From NCBI GenBank assembly GCA_043803745.1, contig JAZDJS010000002.1:1-64000 (forward strand): a stretch of DNA of 64,000 nucleotides, given 5' to 3'. The notes beneath the pieces were generated by a model, which had not been told where the DNA came from, made no database searches, and saw nothing but the letters and a program-made list of their open reading frames with translations. Below are positions 32,920 through 41,887 of the stretch, in pieces. Numbering within the stretch: position 1 is the stretch's first letter; every line of letters begins with the position of its first letter. The DNA comes from an archaeon (lineage in GTDB: Archaea > SpSt-1190 > DYHY01). A program made the translations under genes and the position numbers.

Positions 32920-33996
32920 TCAAGGCAGCTCGACAAGACCCTTGAAAAACGGAATCAATACCTCTTTCAGGGCATACAGTTGCTCGCCGAAAAGAACGAC
33001 AATGAAGACCGCATATATCCCCATGAGAATCATCCCCTGCCTCTTTCCGAAAGTTCCCTCGCTGAGGAAATACCAGAAAACTATGTTTGTCAACAGCGAG
33101 AACAGGACCAGAGTCGAGAAGAAATGCACGTTTATTTTGGTTGGCGAGAGAAGCAGGGAAACCCCGAGGACAAGCGTGAGGTTGGCGACCGTGCTCCCGA
33201 TGGCATCCCCGAGGGCGATTCCAATCCGGCCCTTACTGAGCGCGGTCAATTCCACCGCAAGCTCCGGAACGGACGTCCCGAAGGCAATGACGACAGCGCC
33301 CACGACGGACTTGGCTATCCCCAGCGAGGTAGCAAGACCGCTCCCGGAGCTCACGACAAATCCGGAGCTCACGACAATCCCGATTGTCCCGATTATGAGG
33401 TGCAGCAGGGATCGCGCAAGATCCTTCTCCTTTTGGCCCATTCCGCTGCCACCGAATAGGGCCCTGTCTTCGATGTGAAGCTTGCTTATTTTCGAGGACC
33501 TTCCCGAATTTTGCTGGACGATCTCGATCTCATGCACCTTCTCCTTGCTGCGGATGAGCGTATAGCAGAAGAAAAGGAAAAGCGCGATGAGGAGCGCGCC
33601 CGTCACCCGGTTCAGAGAGGGCACGAGCATGAAGACCACCAGGGTCGTCGATGTGAGCAGAAGCGCGGCGGAAAGCTTTTTCAGGATGCTTCGGGTCTTC
33701 ACGACCTTCGGATAAAGATAGAATCCGAGGCCAAGGACCAGCGCGATGTCAACGATGTTGGAGCCGAAAATGTTGCCTATGGAAAGCCCGATTTTCTCCG
33801 AAGTCGAGGAATTGACCGAAACCATCAGTTCCGGAAGGCTCGTCAGGACCGATATCATGATGAACCCGATGGCAAGCTCGCTCAGCTTGAGGAGTTTCGC
33901 CAGGCGGACGCCGCTGTTGACAACCCAGTCCGAGAACAGGGCAAGGGCGATGAGGGATATTGCCAGCACGAGGGCATTCAAAATTGCCGGATGCAT
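32920..33996 (-). CDS. CaCA-family (YrbG-like) Na+/Ca2+ antiporter
   Basis: Alpha repeats TSLPEL...GNIFGSN and GTSVPEL...GDAIGS. Confidence 0.92.
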   Translation of the reverse strand: MHPAILNALVLAISLIALALFSDWVVNSGVRLAKLLKLSELAIGFIMISVLTSLPELMVSVNSSTSEKIGLSIGNIFGSNIVDIALVLGLGFYLYPKVVKTRSILKKLSAALLLTSTTLVVFMLVPSLNRVTGALLIALFLFFCYTLIRSKEKVHEIEIVQQNSGRSSKISKLHIEDRALFGGSGMGQKEKDLARSLLHLIIGTIGIVVSSGFVVSSGSGLATSLGIAKSVVGAVVIAFGTSVPELAVELTALSKGRIGIALGDAIGSTVANLTLVLGVSLLLSPTKINVHFFSTLVLFSLLTNIVFWYFLSEGTFGKRQGMILMGIYAVFIVVLFGEQLYALKEVLIPFFKGLVELP

Positions 33997-34163
33997 TCCA
34001 TTGAACCCCTATTTATTCCAATATAAATAAGTTGCCTGTGCGTGCTCAGGGAGTTTCGGTTTTCTTCGAGACCAGTTCCGCTATCCCGAGGAGCGCCCTG
34101 AAAACCCACTCAAGAACGACCAAGACTATCAGGAAGGCTTCGGTCTTGCCCAATTGCTGATAG

Positions 34164-34577
34164 AACCCAAGGGCCTTCGGTAGGAAGGTTGCCAGGGTCA
34201 GGTTCGAGGGCGCATACAGGAAAGTCGCCAGGAATCTGGCCCGGACTCCCTTGAGCGGCGAAAGGGCGTTCTCCCGGAACTGCTTTTCAGCCCTCGCCCG
34301 CCGCGGACTTGACCCCGATTTCGGCGTTGAGACCGGGATTAACATTGAATTTATCCTTGGCAGGCTCGGACAGCTGGCGGAAATCGGCATCGGGAAGATA
34401 GACCCGGTTTTCAAGGGAACCCTCGGGCCGAAGGAAATGAAGCGCCGGGCGGGAAGGATTGCCAATGCAATATTTTCTCGGGCAAGGAAATATGGGCGGG
34501 CCGAGGCCGTCCGCAAAGCAAGAGGCCTCCGCCGGCTTTACTTTGAGAACTTGGCGCGCCTGGAATCGGTTCTGTAG
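34164..34577 (+). pseudogene. Possible C-terminal fragment of a GT-A (family 2/GpgS-like) glycosyltransferase
   Basis: TPLSGERAFSR...DFGVETGINIE resembles GT-A C-terminal motifs. The frame is closed upstream by TGA-TAG with no N-terminal domain. Confidence 0.35.
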
Positions 34578-34594
34578 GGAGACTTTGTCAGTGC

Positions 34595-37057
34595 CTATTT
34601 TCTTCCAACTTCCCTTACTTCCTCGGAAATTTCCTTCGGGATGCTCCCTTCCGGGGCACCTCTTCCTTCATCGACTGCAAGGGCGCGGGCCCTCAGAAGG
34701 AAAATCCCGGCAATTGCGAGGATGCAGACAAGGAGACCCGGCACCAGGAACCTTGCGATTTCCTGGAGGAACGGGAATTTCCTTGAGAGCGGAAGCGGCT
34801 GGGGGGTTGAGAGCTCTTCGGCAAAATCGTCAAGAACCGAAAGGTTCACAAAAGCGGGCAGGGAATTCGTGGTTTCTTTCGGAGGGCTTGTCGTCGTTAT
34901 CCTGGACGGGATGCTTGTGGTTGATGAAGATACCGGAGCAGTTGATGTGGAGCTTGTTGTTGTTCCCGGAAAAACCCCGCTCCCGCCCCCTCCCGAAACC
35001 GAGGTTGTTGTCGGAGGTGAGGTTGTAGTTGTCGTCGTTGCGGGAGGACAGGTCGGACAATTGGTCCCCCCGCAATCAACACCCTCCTCATCATAATTCT
35101 CAACCCCATCTTCGCACTGCTCTTCAAGGGTATAGTTGCTGAAGAAGGGAACGGTGACGTTGAACTCCTCCGCAGCCTGGTTGAACGACTGGTCCGCGCA
35201 CCCCCCGCAGTCGGCGCCGTCTCGTTTCACAACCGGGAACGAAAAATTCGCCCCGAGGAAGGTTATCCTCGCGCTCCGGTTGAACTCCGGGATTGCCGAG
35301 CTGTTTATGAAAATCGAGTTGTTTGCGACAATTATCAGCCCGGAAAGGTTCCTGCTTTCCGAAAGGTTCAGGGGCTCCGCGAAGACTAGTTTCCCGTGAC
35401 CGTTTGAGAAAGTTACGTTGCTTATGTTCGCAAGAACCGAGTTGTTGTACTGGGAGAAGTTCGTTGTGCCGGGACCCCACGCGCTTTCATTCAGCGTTAT
35501 GTTGACGGGCGGTTCCGCAGGCGGTTCCGTAAGCGTTGAGAAGCTGAACGTCCCGTTCCTTGCGCAGTTCCCCGAGGAATCGCAGGAGGTTGCGTTGAAG
35601 TAGTAGGCGGTTTCCGGGGAAAGCTGGGCGAGTGAAAGGGTTTGCGAAAGGGAGAAACTTCCGGAAGAGGAAACGTTCCCGAAGGCAATTGTTGTTCCCC
35701 AAGCAAGCGTAAGATTGGCGCTTTCATTCGTCTCAACGGTGATGTTCGCGCTTGAGATTCCCGCAGAGGAATCCGCTGTCAGGATTGCCGGGGGCGTGCT
35801 GTCGCCGGCTCCTCCAGCAGTCCTGTTCGAGAGCGGGATATAGTCGATTACGGAAGAGCTGTTGTAAATCGAATCGCAAATCCCATCTTCCCCCCCGTCA
35901 GCGCAGGTGTCGGAAAACCCGTTCCCGTTCGTGCGCCCCCAGTAGTTCCCGCCGTAGCAGCCCCCTCCGGAAATGCCCGTCCTTGAGCAGTTCTGCGTCG
36001 TGTTGAAGCTGTTCGTGCCGTTGCCGTTCGACGCGGAGGAGCTTGTGTTGAAGAAATTGTTGTAGAACGAGTTCCATCCCGCCGAGCCGTAGAGGACGAA
36101 CGGATATGTGTAGTTCCAGAACCGGTTGTCCCGGAAGACGGTGTCCTTGAGCGAAATCGCCGAAATCCCGTAGCTGGTTCCAACCCCGCTCGAGAAATTG
36201 TTCCCCTCTATTGTGTTGTTCTGCGCGGAATCGGAAAAGCTTATCCCGTCCCGCGTCCGGATAATCGAGTTCCCCGAGATATTTGCCGTCCGCATCCCGT
36301 AGAGGTTCATTGCCGAGCCGTTCAGGTCCGTGAAATTGTTCCCGGTAATGTTCGTCAGGCTGACGACAAGGGAGCTTGAAATTGTTATTCCGGAGCCGAG
36401 AATCTGCTCGAAGGTATTCTGGGAGATTGCCGAGGAGGTGAGTTGGGTGTCAATGTCGATTTCCGGATACCCCGTCGAGCGGTTCCTTGAGAAATAGTTC
36501 GAGGAAATCGTGCTGTATCTGACGCTTCCCGTCGGGAAGCTTATTGCCCGGAGGGTCTGGTTCACGAACCGGTTCCCGCAAATGAAGTAGTAGTATGCGC
36601 TCTTGGCGACAATGCCATCCCCGTTCTCGGTGAAATTGTTGTAGGTTATGTTCAGGTAGTCGTTGTTCAGGTTGTCAATCCCGTATGTGTTGTTGAAGAA
36701 CGTGTTGTTCGTGATGTAGTCCTTGTTCGAGAACTCCGAGAACGAGGCGTAATAGCCCCACTTGTAATTCCTGATTGTGCAGCCGGTGACCGTTGTGTTC
36801 GAAACGCTCTGGAGCGTAACCGCCTTGTAGTTCAAGGAGGCGTTCTCTCCCTCAATTACCGAGCCGTTGCAGTCAAGGGTTCCTCCAGTGGCATTCAGTA
36901 TGAAGCGGACCTTCGAATAGGCTCCGGTGCAGAGGCTGAAACTGCCGCTGACCCCGACCTGGCTGTCGTTTGCGGGCGTTGTGCAAGAGGAAAACGCCGG
37001 AAAGATGACAAGCAGCGTGAAAACAAAGACTGCGGGAAAAATCCGGTTCACGAACAT
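34595..37057 (-). CDS. Membrane-anchored NosD/CASH right-handed beta-helix surface protein
   Basis: Signal peptide, Asn-ladder repeats, GGNYW..NGNGFSDTC.D..EDGICD, an FN3-like domain, a Thr-rich linker and a C-terminal TM helix. Confidence 0.88.
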   Translation of the reverse strand: MFVNRIFPAVFVFTLLVIFPAFSSCTTPANDSQVGVSGSFSLCTGAYSKVRFILNATGGTLDCNGSVIEGENASLNYKAVTLQSVSNTTVTGCTIRNYKWGYYASFSEFSNKDYITNNTFFNNTYGIDNLNNDYLNITYNNFTENGDGIVAKSAYYYFICGNRFVNQTLRAISFPTGSVRYSTISSNYFSRNRSTGYPEIDIDTQLTSSAISQNTFEQILGSGITISSSLVVSLTNITGNNFTDLNGSAMNLYGMRTANISGNSIIRTRDGISFSDSAQNNTIEGNNFSSGVGTSYGISAISLKDTVFRDNRFWNYTYPFVLYGSAGWNSFYNNFFNTSSSASNGNGTNSFNTTQNCSRTGISGGGCYGGNYWGRTNGNGFSDTCADGGEDGICDSIYNSSSVIDYIPLSNRTAGGAGDSTPPAILTADSSAGISSANITVETNESANLTLAWGTTIAFGNVSSSGSFSLSQTLSLAQLSPETAYYFNATSCDSSGNCARNGTFSFSTLTEPPAEPPVNITLNESAWGPGTTNFSQYNNSVLANISNVTFSNGHGKLVFAEPLNLSESRNLSGLIIVANNSIFINSSAIPEFNRSARITFLGANFSFPVVKRDGADCGGCADQSFNQAAEEFNVTVPFFSNYTLEEQCEDGVENYDEEGVDCGGTNCPTCPPATTTTTTSPPTTTSVSGGGGSGVFPGTTTSSTSTAPVSSSTTSIPSRITTTSPPKETTNSLPAFVNLSVLDDFAEELSTPQPLPLSRKFPFLQEIARFLVPGLLVCILAIAGIFLLRARALAVDEGRGAPEGSIPKEISEEVREVGRK

Positions 37058-37225
37058 GAATTACCTCTTCCAGTTCTTCAATTGGGTTCTCGGCGATTTT
37101 TATATCCTTTCCCCCGTTAGATTGTCCCTTTGGCGGGAGAGCCGGCAAGCCCGTTTCCCGCCGCAAAATCCGCTAAAAAGCATTTATACTGACTGCAGTG
37201 ACATTCAAGGGAAGGGTTGGCTAGG

Positions 37226-40200
37226 ATGTCAAAAGAGGTAAATCTGAAGCGTTTTTTAGGCTCCGCAATATTTTTGTTTGCGTTCGTATTTGCTGCCGGA
37301 TTCGCGGCAACAACGGTTGATTTGCTCTCTCCGCCGGACAACAACTGGACCAACCTCGATAACAGCACGACCCCCTTCATCTTTCAGGCGAACGACACTG
37401 CCGACATAATTCTCAACTGCTCCCTTACGGTGGCGGGCGCAAACGTTTCGGCCAACGCTTCCGTTTTCAACGCAACGCCGACAACATTCTATGCGAACTC
37501 CTCTTTCGCGCTCGGTGCAAGCCAATGGAACGTTACCTGCTACAACACAACCTCGGGAATTTCGGCGGCAAGAACCCTCAATTTCGATTCAATCAATCCG
37601 GTCGCGGCTTCGGTCTCTCCCGACAACTATTTCAATTCATCATCTCGGAACGTAACTTTCCAGCTCCAGGGCGTTGACAATCTAAACCTAACGGGCCTGA
37701 CGCTTTATGGCAACTGGTCCTCCGGATGGCACGCGAACGCAACGAACTCAACCCCGGTAAACGGGACAACTTGGACCGTTAACGTGACGGGGATTCCTGA
37801 CGGGATTTACACCTGGAGCGCATATGCCGCGGATGCCGCGGGCAACTGGAACTTTTCAGCAAACAGGACCCTTGTCGTTGACGCAACAGCGCCGACAGTC
37901 ACCCTTACCGCACCCGTCAACGCAACGAACTCCTCAATCCCCGCAGTCCAGATAAACTATACAGTTTCCGACGCAATCGATTCCGCCGGCGTCTGGTGCA
38001 AGCCGTTCATCCTCAACGGAAGCACCTGGACGAACCTCTCATATTTCCCGGCAAACACGGTGAACTACACGGTCGCAGGGGATGACGGGACATATCTCTG
38101 GAACTACCAGTGCCAGGACAGCGCGGGAAACGCCGCCTTTGCAACTGCCAACAGGTCGTTCACAATTGATACCGCGTTTCCAGGAATTGCAGTTGTTTCT
38201 CCCGCAATCGGAGAGAACCTGACAGTTTCGGCAATGGCTTTCAACGTCTCGGTTTCCGACATCTCGACTTCCTTGGTCTGGTATTCCCTCCTTAACGCAA
38301 CAAGCGACGTCATAGTCCAGAACACCACAATGACCGGAGGGCCCGTTTATTACACGGCAAGCCTTCCGAGCAATTTCTCCCTTTACCCGCCCGGAATGTA
38401 CCAGATAATAGCTTATGCGAACGATTCGGTCGGACACGCGAACGCAACGGGAATACTCCCATTCGGACTTGCAGCCGTCAACGCAACCCAGATTGAAGGA
38501 ATGGTAAGCAACGCAATCTTCACCGCGAACTTCACCAACACCAACGGAACCGAGTTTTCCGGGGACATCCAAGAGGACACCGAATACAACCTTGTCTTCA
38601 ACGTAACGGGGTCCGGAATAGTGATAACCCTCGGAAACTTCAGCGCAGCCGACTATGGGCAGGCAAGCGAGCTTAACGCAACGGCGCAGGTCGACGTTAC
38701 CGGCCTTGAGAGCGCTCTGGGAATCGACTTTTACTCCTTCGGCTGGCTTGATATCGGCGATTTTGTCTCTTCAGACTATTACGACTATGGGAAAATTCAG
38801 ATAAACTCGACAGCCGACCTTGCATACTATCTCGGCGGGAGCAAGGATGACCCGACATCAACCCTTGCCTCGGCATGCAATGCAACGTTCAGCAACTACC
38901 CCTGCTACAACGTTTCCGGCTCTGCAACCACGATATATGTCAGCGCGTTCTCCGGAGGCGGCGTTGGGAACGACACAACCGCGCCTTCAGTCAGCCTGAC
39001 AACTCCCGCAGGTTCCGCGCATATCCGGGGCACCTACGACTTGACTGGGACGTACACGGACGGCATCGGTGTAACCAACGTCACATACTACTACACCAGC
39101 TTTTCAAACCTTATCGGATACAGCACAACCTCCCCGCACACAGTTTCCTGGAACACTGCCTTGGTTTCCGACGGGACATATACGATAATCGTGAACGCGA
39201 CCGATGCGAAAGGCAACAAGAACAGCACCAACGCGACCGGAGTTGTCATCGACAACACGGCTCCGACAGTGACCGCCTTCTCCCTCTCGACAACCTCGGC
39301 ATATTCCGGGAACACAATAACCGCAACCTGCACGGGCTCCGATGCTTCCGGGACCGTCGCAACAACTGTCGGGAACCTTGACTATTCAACCGTCGGGACC
39401 CGCCAGGCAAGCTGCACAATAACCGACCAGGCCGGAAACACAGCCGTTTCCTACCTTTCCTACACAATACTTGCAAGCTCATCCTCGTCGGCAATAGCTT
39501 CCGGAACATACAGGATTTCCGAAAACATTCCGGAGGGAACTGTCTCAATAGTAATCGACCGGGTTATCAAGGGGCAGCTTGCGAAGTTCGCGGTTATCCC
39601 GGATGCCTTGAGGTTCGACGTTACCGCAATAGAACTTGAGACTCTTAGGGATCTTGTCGGGGTTAAGATAAACATTCGGGGAGCTTCCGCTCCATCTTTG
39701 CCGCTCCCGAACGGTTCGGGAAAAGTGAGAGCCTACCTTGAAATCTCCCGGGTGAATTTCGAGGATTCCGCGGTCGGGTTCGCGAGGATAAGGTTCAGCG
39801 TCCCGAAGGAATGGGTTGCTGCGAACTTAGTGGATCCGGCGAAAATCTTCCTCTACCGGCTTGAGGGAAACTCCTGGAATAAGCTTTCGACAAGCCTCCT
39901 CAGCCAGGATTCGCAGGAATACGTTTTCGAGGCGCAGACTCCCGGGTTCTCGACTTTCGCAATAGCCGGCGCGGTGAACGCGCCTGAGACGGCGGCGCCA
40001 GCTCCTGGAGAAACCCCGGAAAACCAGCCGCCCCAGCAAGAGGGAGCGACGACTACAGTGGAAACAACAACGACAAGTTCGTCGATGCAGGCAGCAGGAA
40101 TTCCAGCCAATGCTTCTGCGGGAAAGCCCGCCTATATTGGAATTGTCGCAATCCTGCTGGTCGTTGCGCTTGTTGCCGGAGGGGCATACTATTATTTCGT

Positions 40201-40276
40201 CATCCTCGGCAAGGAAGGTAAGCCCAAATACCGTTTCAAGGGCAAGCACAGGAAAGAGGAAGGGGAAGGGCTCTAG
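37226..40276 (+). CDS. PGF-pre-PGF Ig-repeat surface glycoprotein (S-layer-like)
   Basis: Signal peptide, repeated D-x-AGN/DTTAP Ig modules, very dense N-x-S/T sequons, TPGFSTFAI and a C-terminal TM helix. Confidence 0.9.
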   Translation: MSKEVNLKRFLGSAIFLFAFVFAAGFAATTVDLLSPPDNNWTNLDNSTTPFIFQANDTADIILNCSLTVAGANVSANASVFNATPTTFYANSSFALGASQWNVTCYNTTSGISAARTLNFDSINPVAASVSPDNYFNSSSRNVTFQLQGVDNLNLTGLTLYGNWSSGWHANATNSTPVNGTTWTVNVTGIPDGIYTWSAYAADAAGNWNFSANRTLVVDATAPTVTLTAPVNATNSSIPAVQINYTVSDAIDSAGVWCKPFILNGSTWTNLSYFPANTVNYTVAGDDGTYLWNYQCQDSAGNAAFATANRSFTIDTAFPGIAVVSPAIGENLTVSAMAFNVSVSDISTSLVWYSLLNATSDVIVQNTTMTGGPVYYTASLPSNFSLYPPGMYQIIAYANDSVGHANATGILPFGLAAVNATQIEGMVSNAIFTANFTNTNGTEFSGDIQEDTEYNLVFNVTGSGIVITLGNFSAADYGQASELNATAQVDVTGLESALGIDFYSFGWLDIGDFVSSDYYDYGKIQINSTADLAYYLGGSKDDPTSTLASACNATFSNYPCYNVSGSATTIYVSAFSGGGVGNDTTAPSVSLTTPAGSAHIRGTYDLTGTYTDGIGVTNVTYYYTSFSNLIGYSTTSPHTVSWNTALVSDGTYTIIVNATDAKGNKNSTNATGVVIDNTAPTVTAFSLSTTSAYSGNTITATCTGSDASGTVATTVGNLDYSTVGTRQASCTITDQAGNTAVSYLSYTILASSSSSAIASGTYRISENIPEGTVSIVIDRVIKGQLAKFAVIPDALRFDVTAIELETLRDLVGVKINIRGASAPSLPLPNGSGKVRAYLEISRVNFEDSAVGFARIRFSVPKEWVAANLVDPAKIFLYRLEGNSWNKLSTSLLSQDSQEYVFEAQTPGFSTFAIAGAVNAPETAAPAPGETPENQPPQQEGATTTVETTTTSSSMQAAGIPANASAGKPAYIGIVAILLVVALVAGGAYYYFVILGKEGKPKYRFKGKHRKEEGEGL

Positions 40277-40352
40277 TTCCGAGAACCCCTGCCCCGCAGC
40301 CTGGATTTTGCCGGGGAAACTCTTTTAAACCTAAACAAATGACTATTTGAAA

Positions 40353-41561
40353 ATGGTCAACCTCTTGGTTATAGATCACCACCTCTTGAGAACCGAGAAA
40401 CTCGAAGCACAAATTGCCGCACAAACCCCCGAGAAAACTAAGCTTGGTGTACCGAAAGCCGATGATTATCGGGGTTATGTCGAACTTGTCAGAAACTCCC
40501 TCGCTGCCGTAAAGCCCGGTTATGCTCTTTCGGATTCCGACCCTGACGGGATTTGCGCAATCATTCCATTCATGCTTTCCCTTCCGGAAAACGAGCGGCC
40601 TCCTTTCGAGCTGACAAGAAGGAAACTGGCTGCTGCCGATTTTGAAAAGTGGAATCGGACCGGAGTTAAGCAGGTTCTTGCAACCGACTGGTATCCTGTC
40701 TACGAATCCGATGTTTCCGGAGCGGAAAGCGTGACAATCCTGAACCCGACGGTTTCCGGGCTTTCCTCACTTAATTGCGCGACAATGATTATGTATGATG
40801 CGCTTGCGGCGCAGCTTCCGGTCGAACTCCAGGAAACCGCCCTCGCCCTTGCTGCAATAGGGATTGTCGGGGACAAGGCTTCCGAGTGCGGCGGGGAAAT
40901 ACTCCGGAAAGTTGCTGAGAAATATCCGCAGCAGTTCCCGGGTCTTGCCGAAGCAGTTTCCCGGACGCCAATCAACAATTCAGCAGTGACCCGGACGCCC
41001 CTTGGCACGCTCGTCGAGCGTATGTGGGCGCCATATGTTTTGGGCGGGGATGCGGGCTCCACCGAAGCGGCGGGCGTCCTCCTTGCCGGAGCGCCCTTCA
41101 GCCTTCCCGAACTCCTTGACAAGGAATCGGAAAATCCGGCTGCCAAGTATCTGCGGGAGCGCGGCACTGAATTAACTTCAATTCTCGCGCCCGAACTCGA
41201 AAGATTCAATCGAACCGCAACTTCCCAAGGTCCAACAATACTTTACGTTACGCAACAGAGAAACCAGGGAGTTGTCCAGTATTTTGCGAATGTCCTTTCC
41301 GAGAACGAACCGGAGAGCGTAATCCTGATGGGACAGGCAAATCCGGGAGCGGACGGCCTTGTAAAATATTCGGCAAGGAGGATAGCCGTCAAGGTCGACC
41401 TCGGGAAACTCGCGAAGGAAATTGTAGCTGAGGGAAACGGCATTATCGCCGGGGGAAGGCCGGATTCAGCGGGCTTCCAAGTCCCGCCGGCCTACTGCGC
41501 GCAGTTCGAGCAGGAATTCGCCGGGAAGGTTGAGTCGGCTCTGGCAAGCCCCTCAAGCTAG
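40353..41561 (+). CDS. DHH/DHHA1 (RecJ-like) phosphoesterase-fold protein with atypical motif order
   Basis: DSDPDG (motif I), VLATD (II), LAAIGIVGD (IV) and the DHHA1-like YSARR...AGGRPDSAGF. DHH occurs only at the N-terminus. Confidence 0.75.
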   Translation: MVNLLVIDHHLLRTEKLEAQIAAQTPEKTKLGVPKADDYRGYVELVRNSLAAVKPGYALSDSDPDGICAIIPFMLSLPENERPPFELTRRKLAAADFEKWNRTGVKQVLATDWYPVYESDVSGAESVTILNPTVSGLSSLNCATMIMYDALAAQLPVELQETALALAAIGIVGDKASECGGEILRKVAEKYPQQFPGLAEAVSRTPINNSAVTRTPLGTLVERMWAPYVLGGDAGSTEAAGVLLAGAPFSLPELLDKESENPAAKYLRERGTELTSILAPELERFNRTATSQGPTILYVTQQRNQGVVQYFANVLSENEPESVILMGQANPGADGLVKYSARRIAVKVDLGKLAKEIVAEGNGIIAGGRPDSAGFQVPPAYCAQFEQEFAGKVESALASPSS

Positions 41562-41607
41562 TCAGTTTTTTATACCCTAGTTTCAGCGAGAAAGTGCGAT
41601 TTCTTAA

Positions 41608-41805
41608 ACATTCCTCTGGATTCTCGGATCGGTAACCCTTGTCAGCCTGATTTCCCTTGTGGGGGTTTTCGCCCTTGGGCTGCGGGAAAGGACGCTCAAG
41701 AAAATCATACTGATGCTTGTCGGCTTCTCAGCCGGCGCGCTGTTCGGCTTCTTCCTGACCGGGATAGGCGTCATGCTCTCGGTCAAGATTGTTTTCGGCG
41801 GCTGA
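41608..41805 (+). pseudogene. Internally deleted ZIP-transporter remnant
   Basis: TFLWILGSVTLVSLISLVG...LKKIILMLVGFSAGALFG (like the ZIP N-terminus) is joined directly to FFLTGIGVMLSVKIVFGG* (like the ZIP C-terminus). No start codon. Confidence 0.75.
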
Positions 41806-41887
41806 AAAAACCCTTTTTTGGGCAATAACTCCCCGCGTTCTTTTAAACCGCTCGTTTTTCCCCAAGGGCAGGATGGCTTTGATTGGA

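Noticed and set aside
34046-34516. Minus-strand 156-aa ORF; also stop-codon readthrough at TGA-TAG 34158-34163
   Set aside because: The opposite strand has better glycosyltransferase-like motifs. Two consecutive stops and no recognisable upstream domain argue for decay rather than Sec/Pyl recoding.
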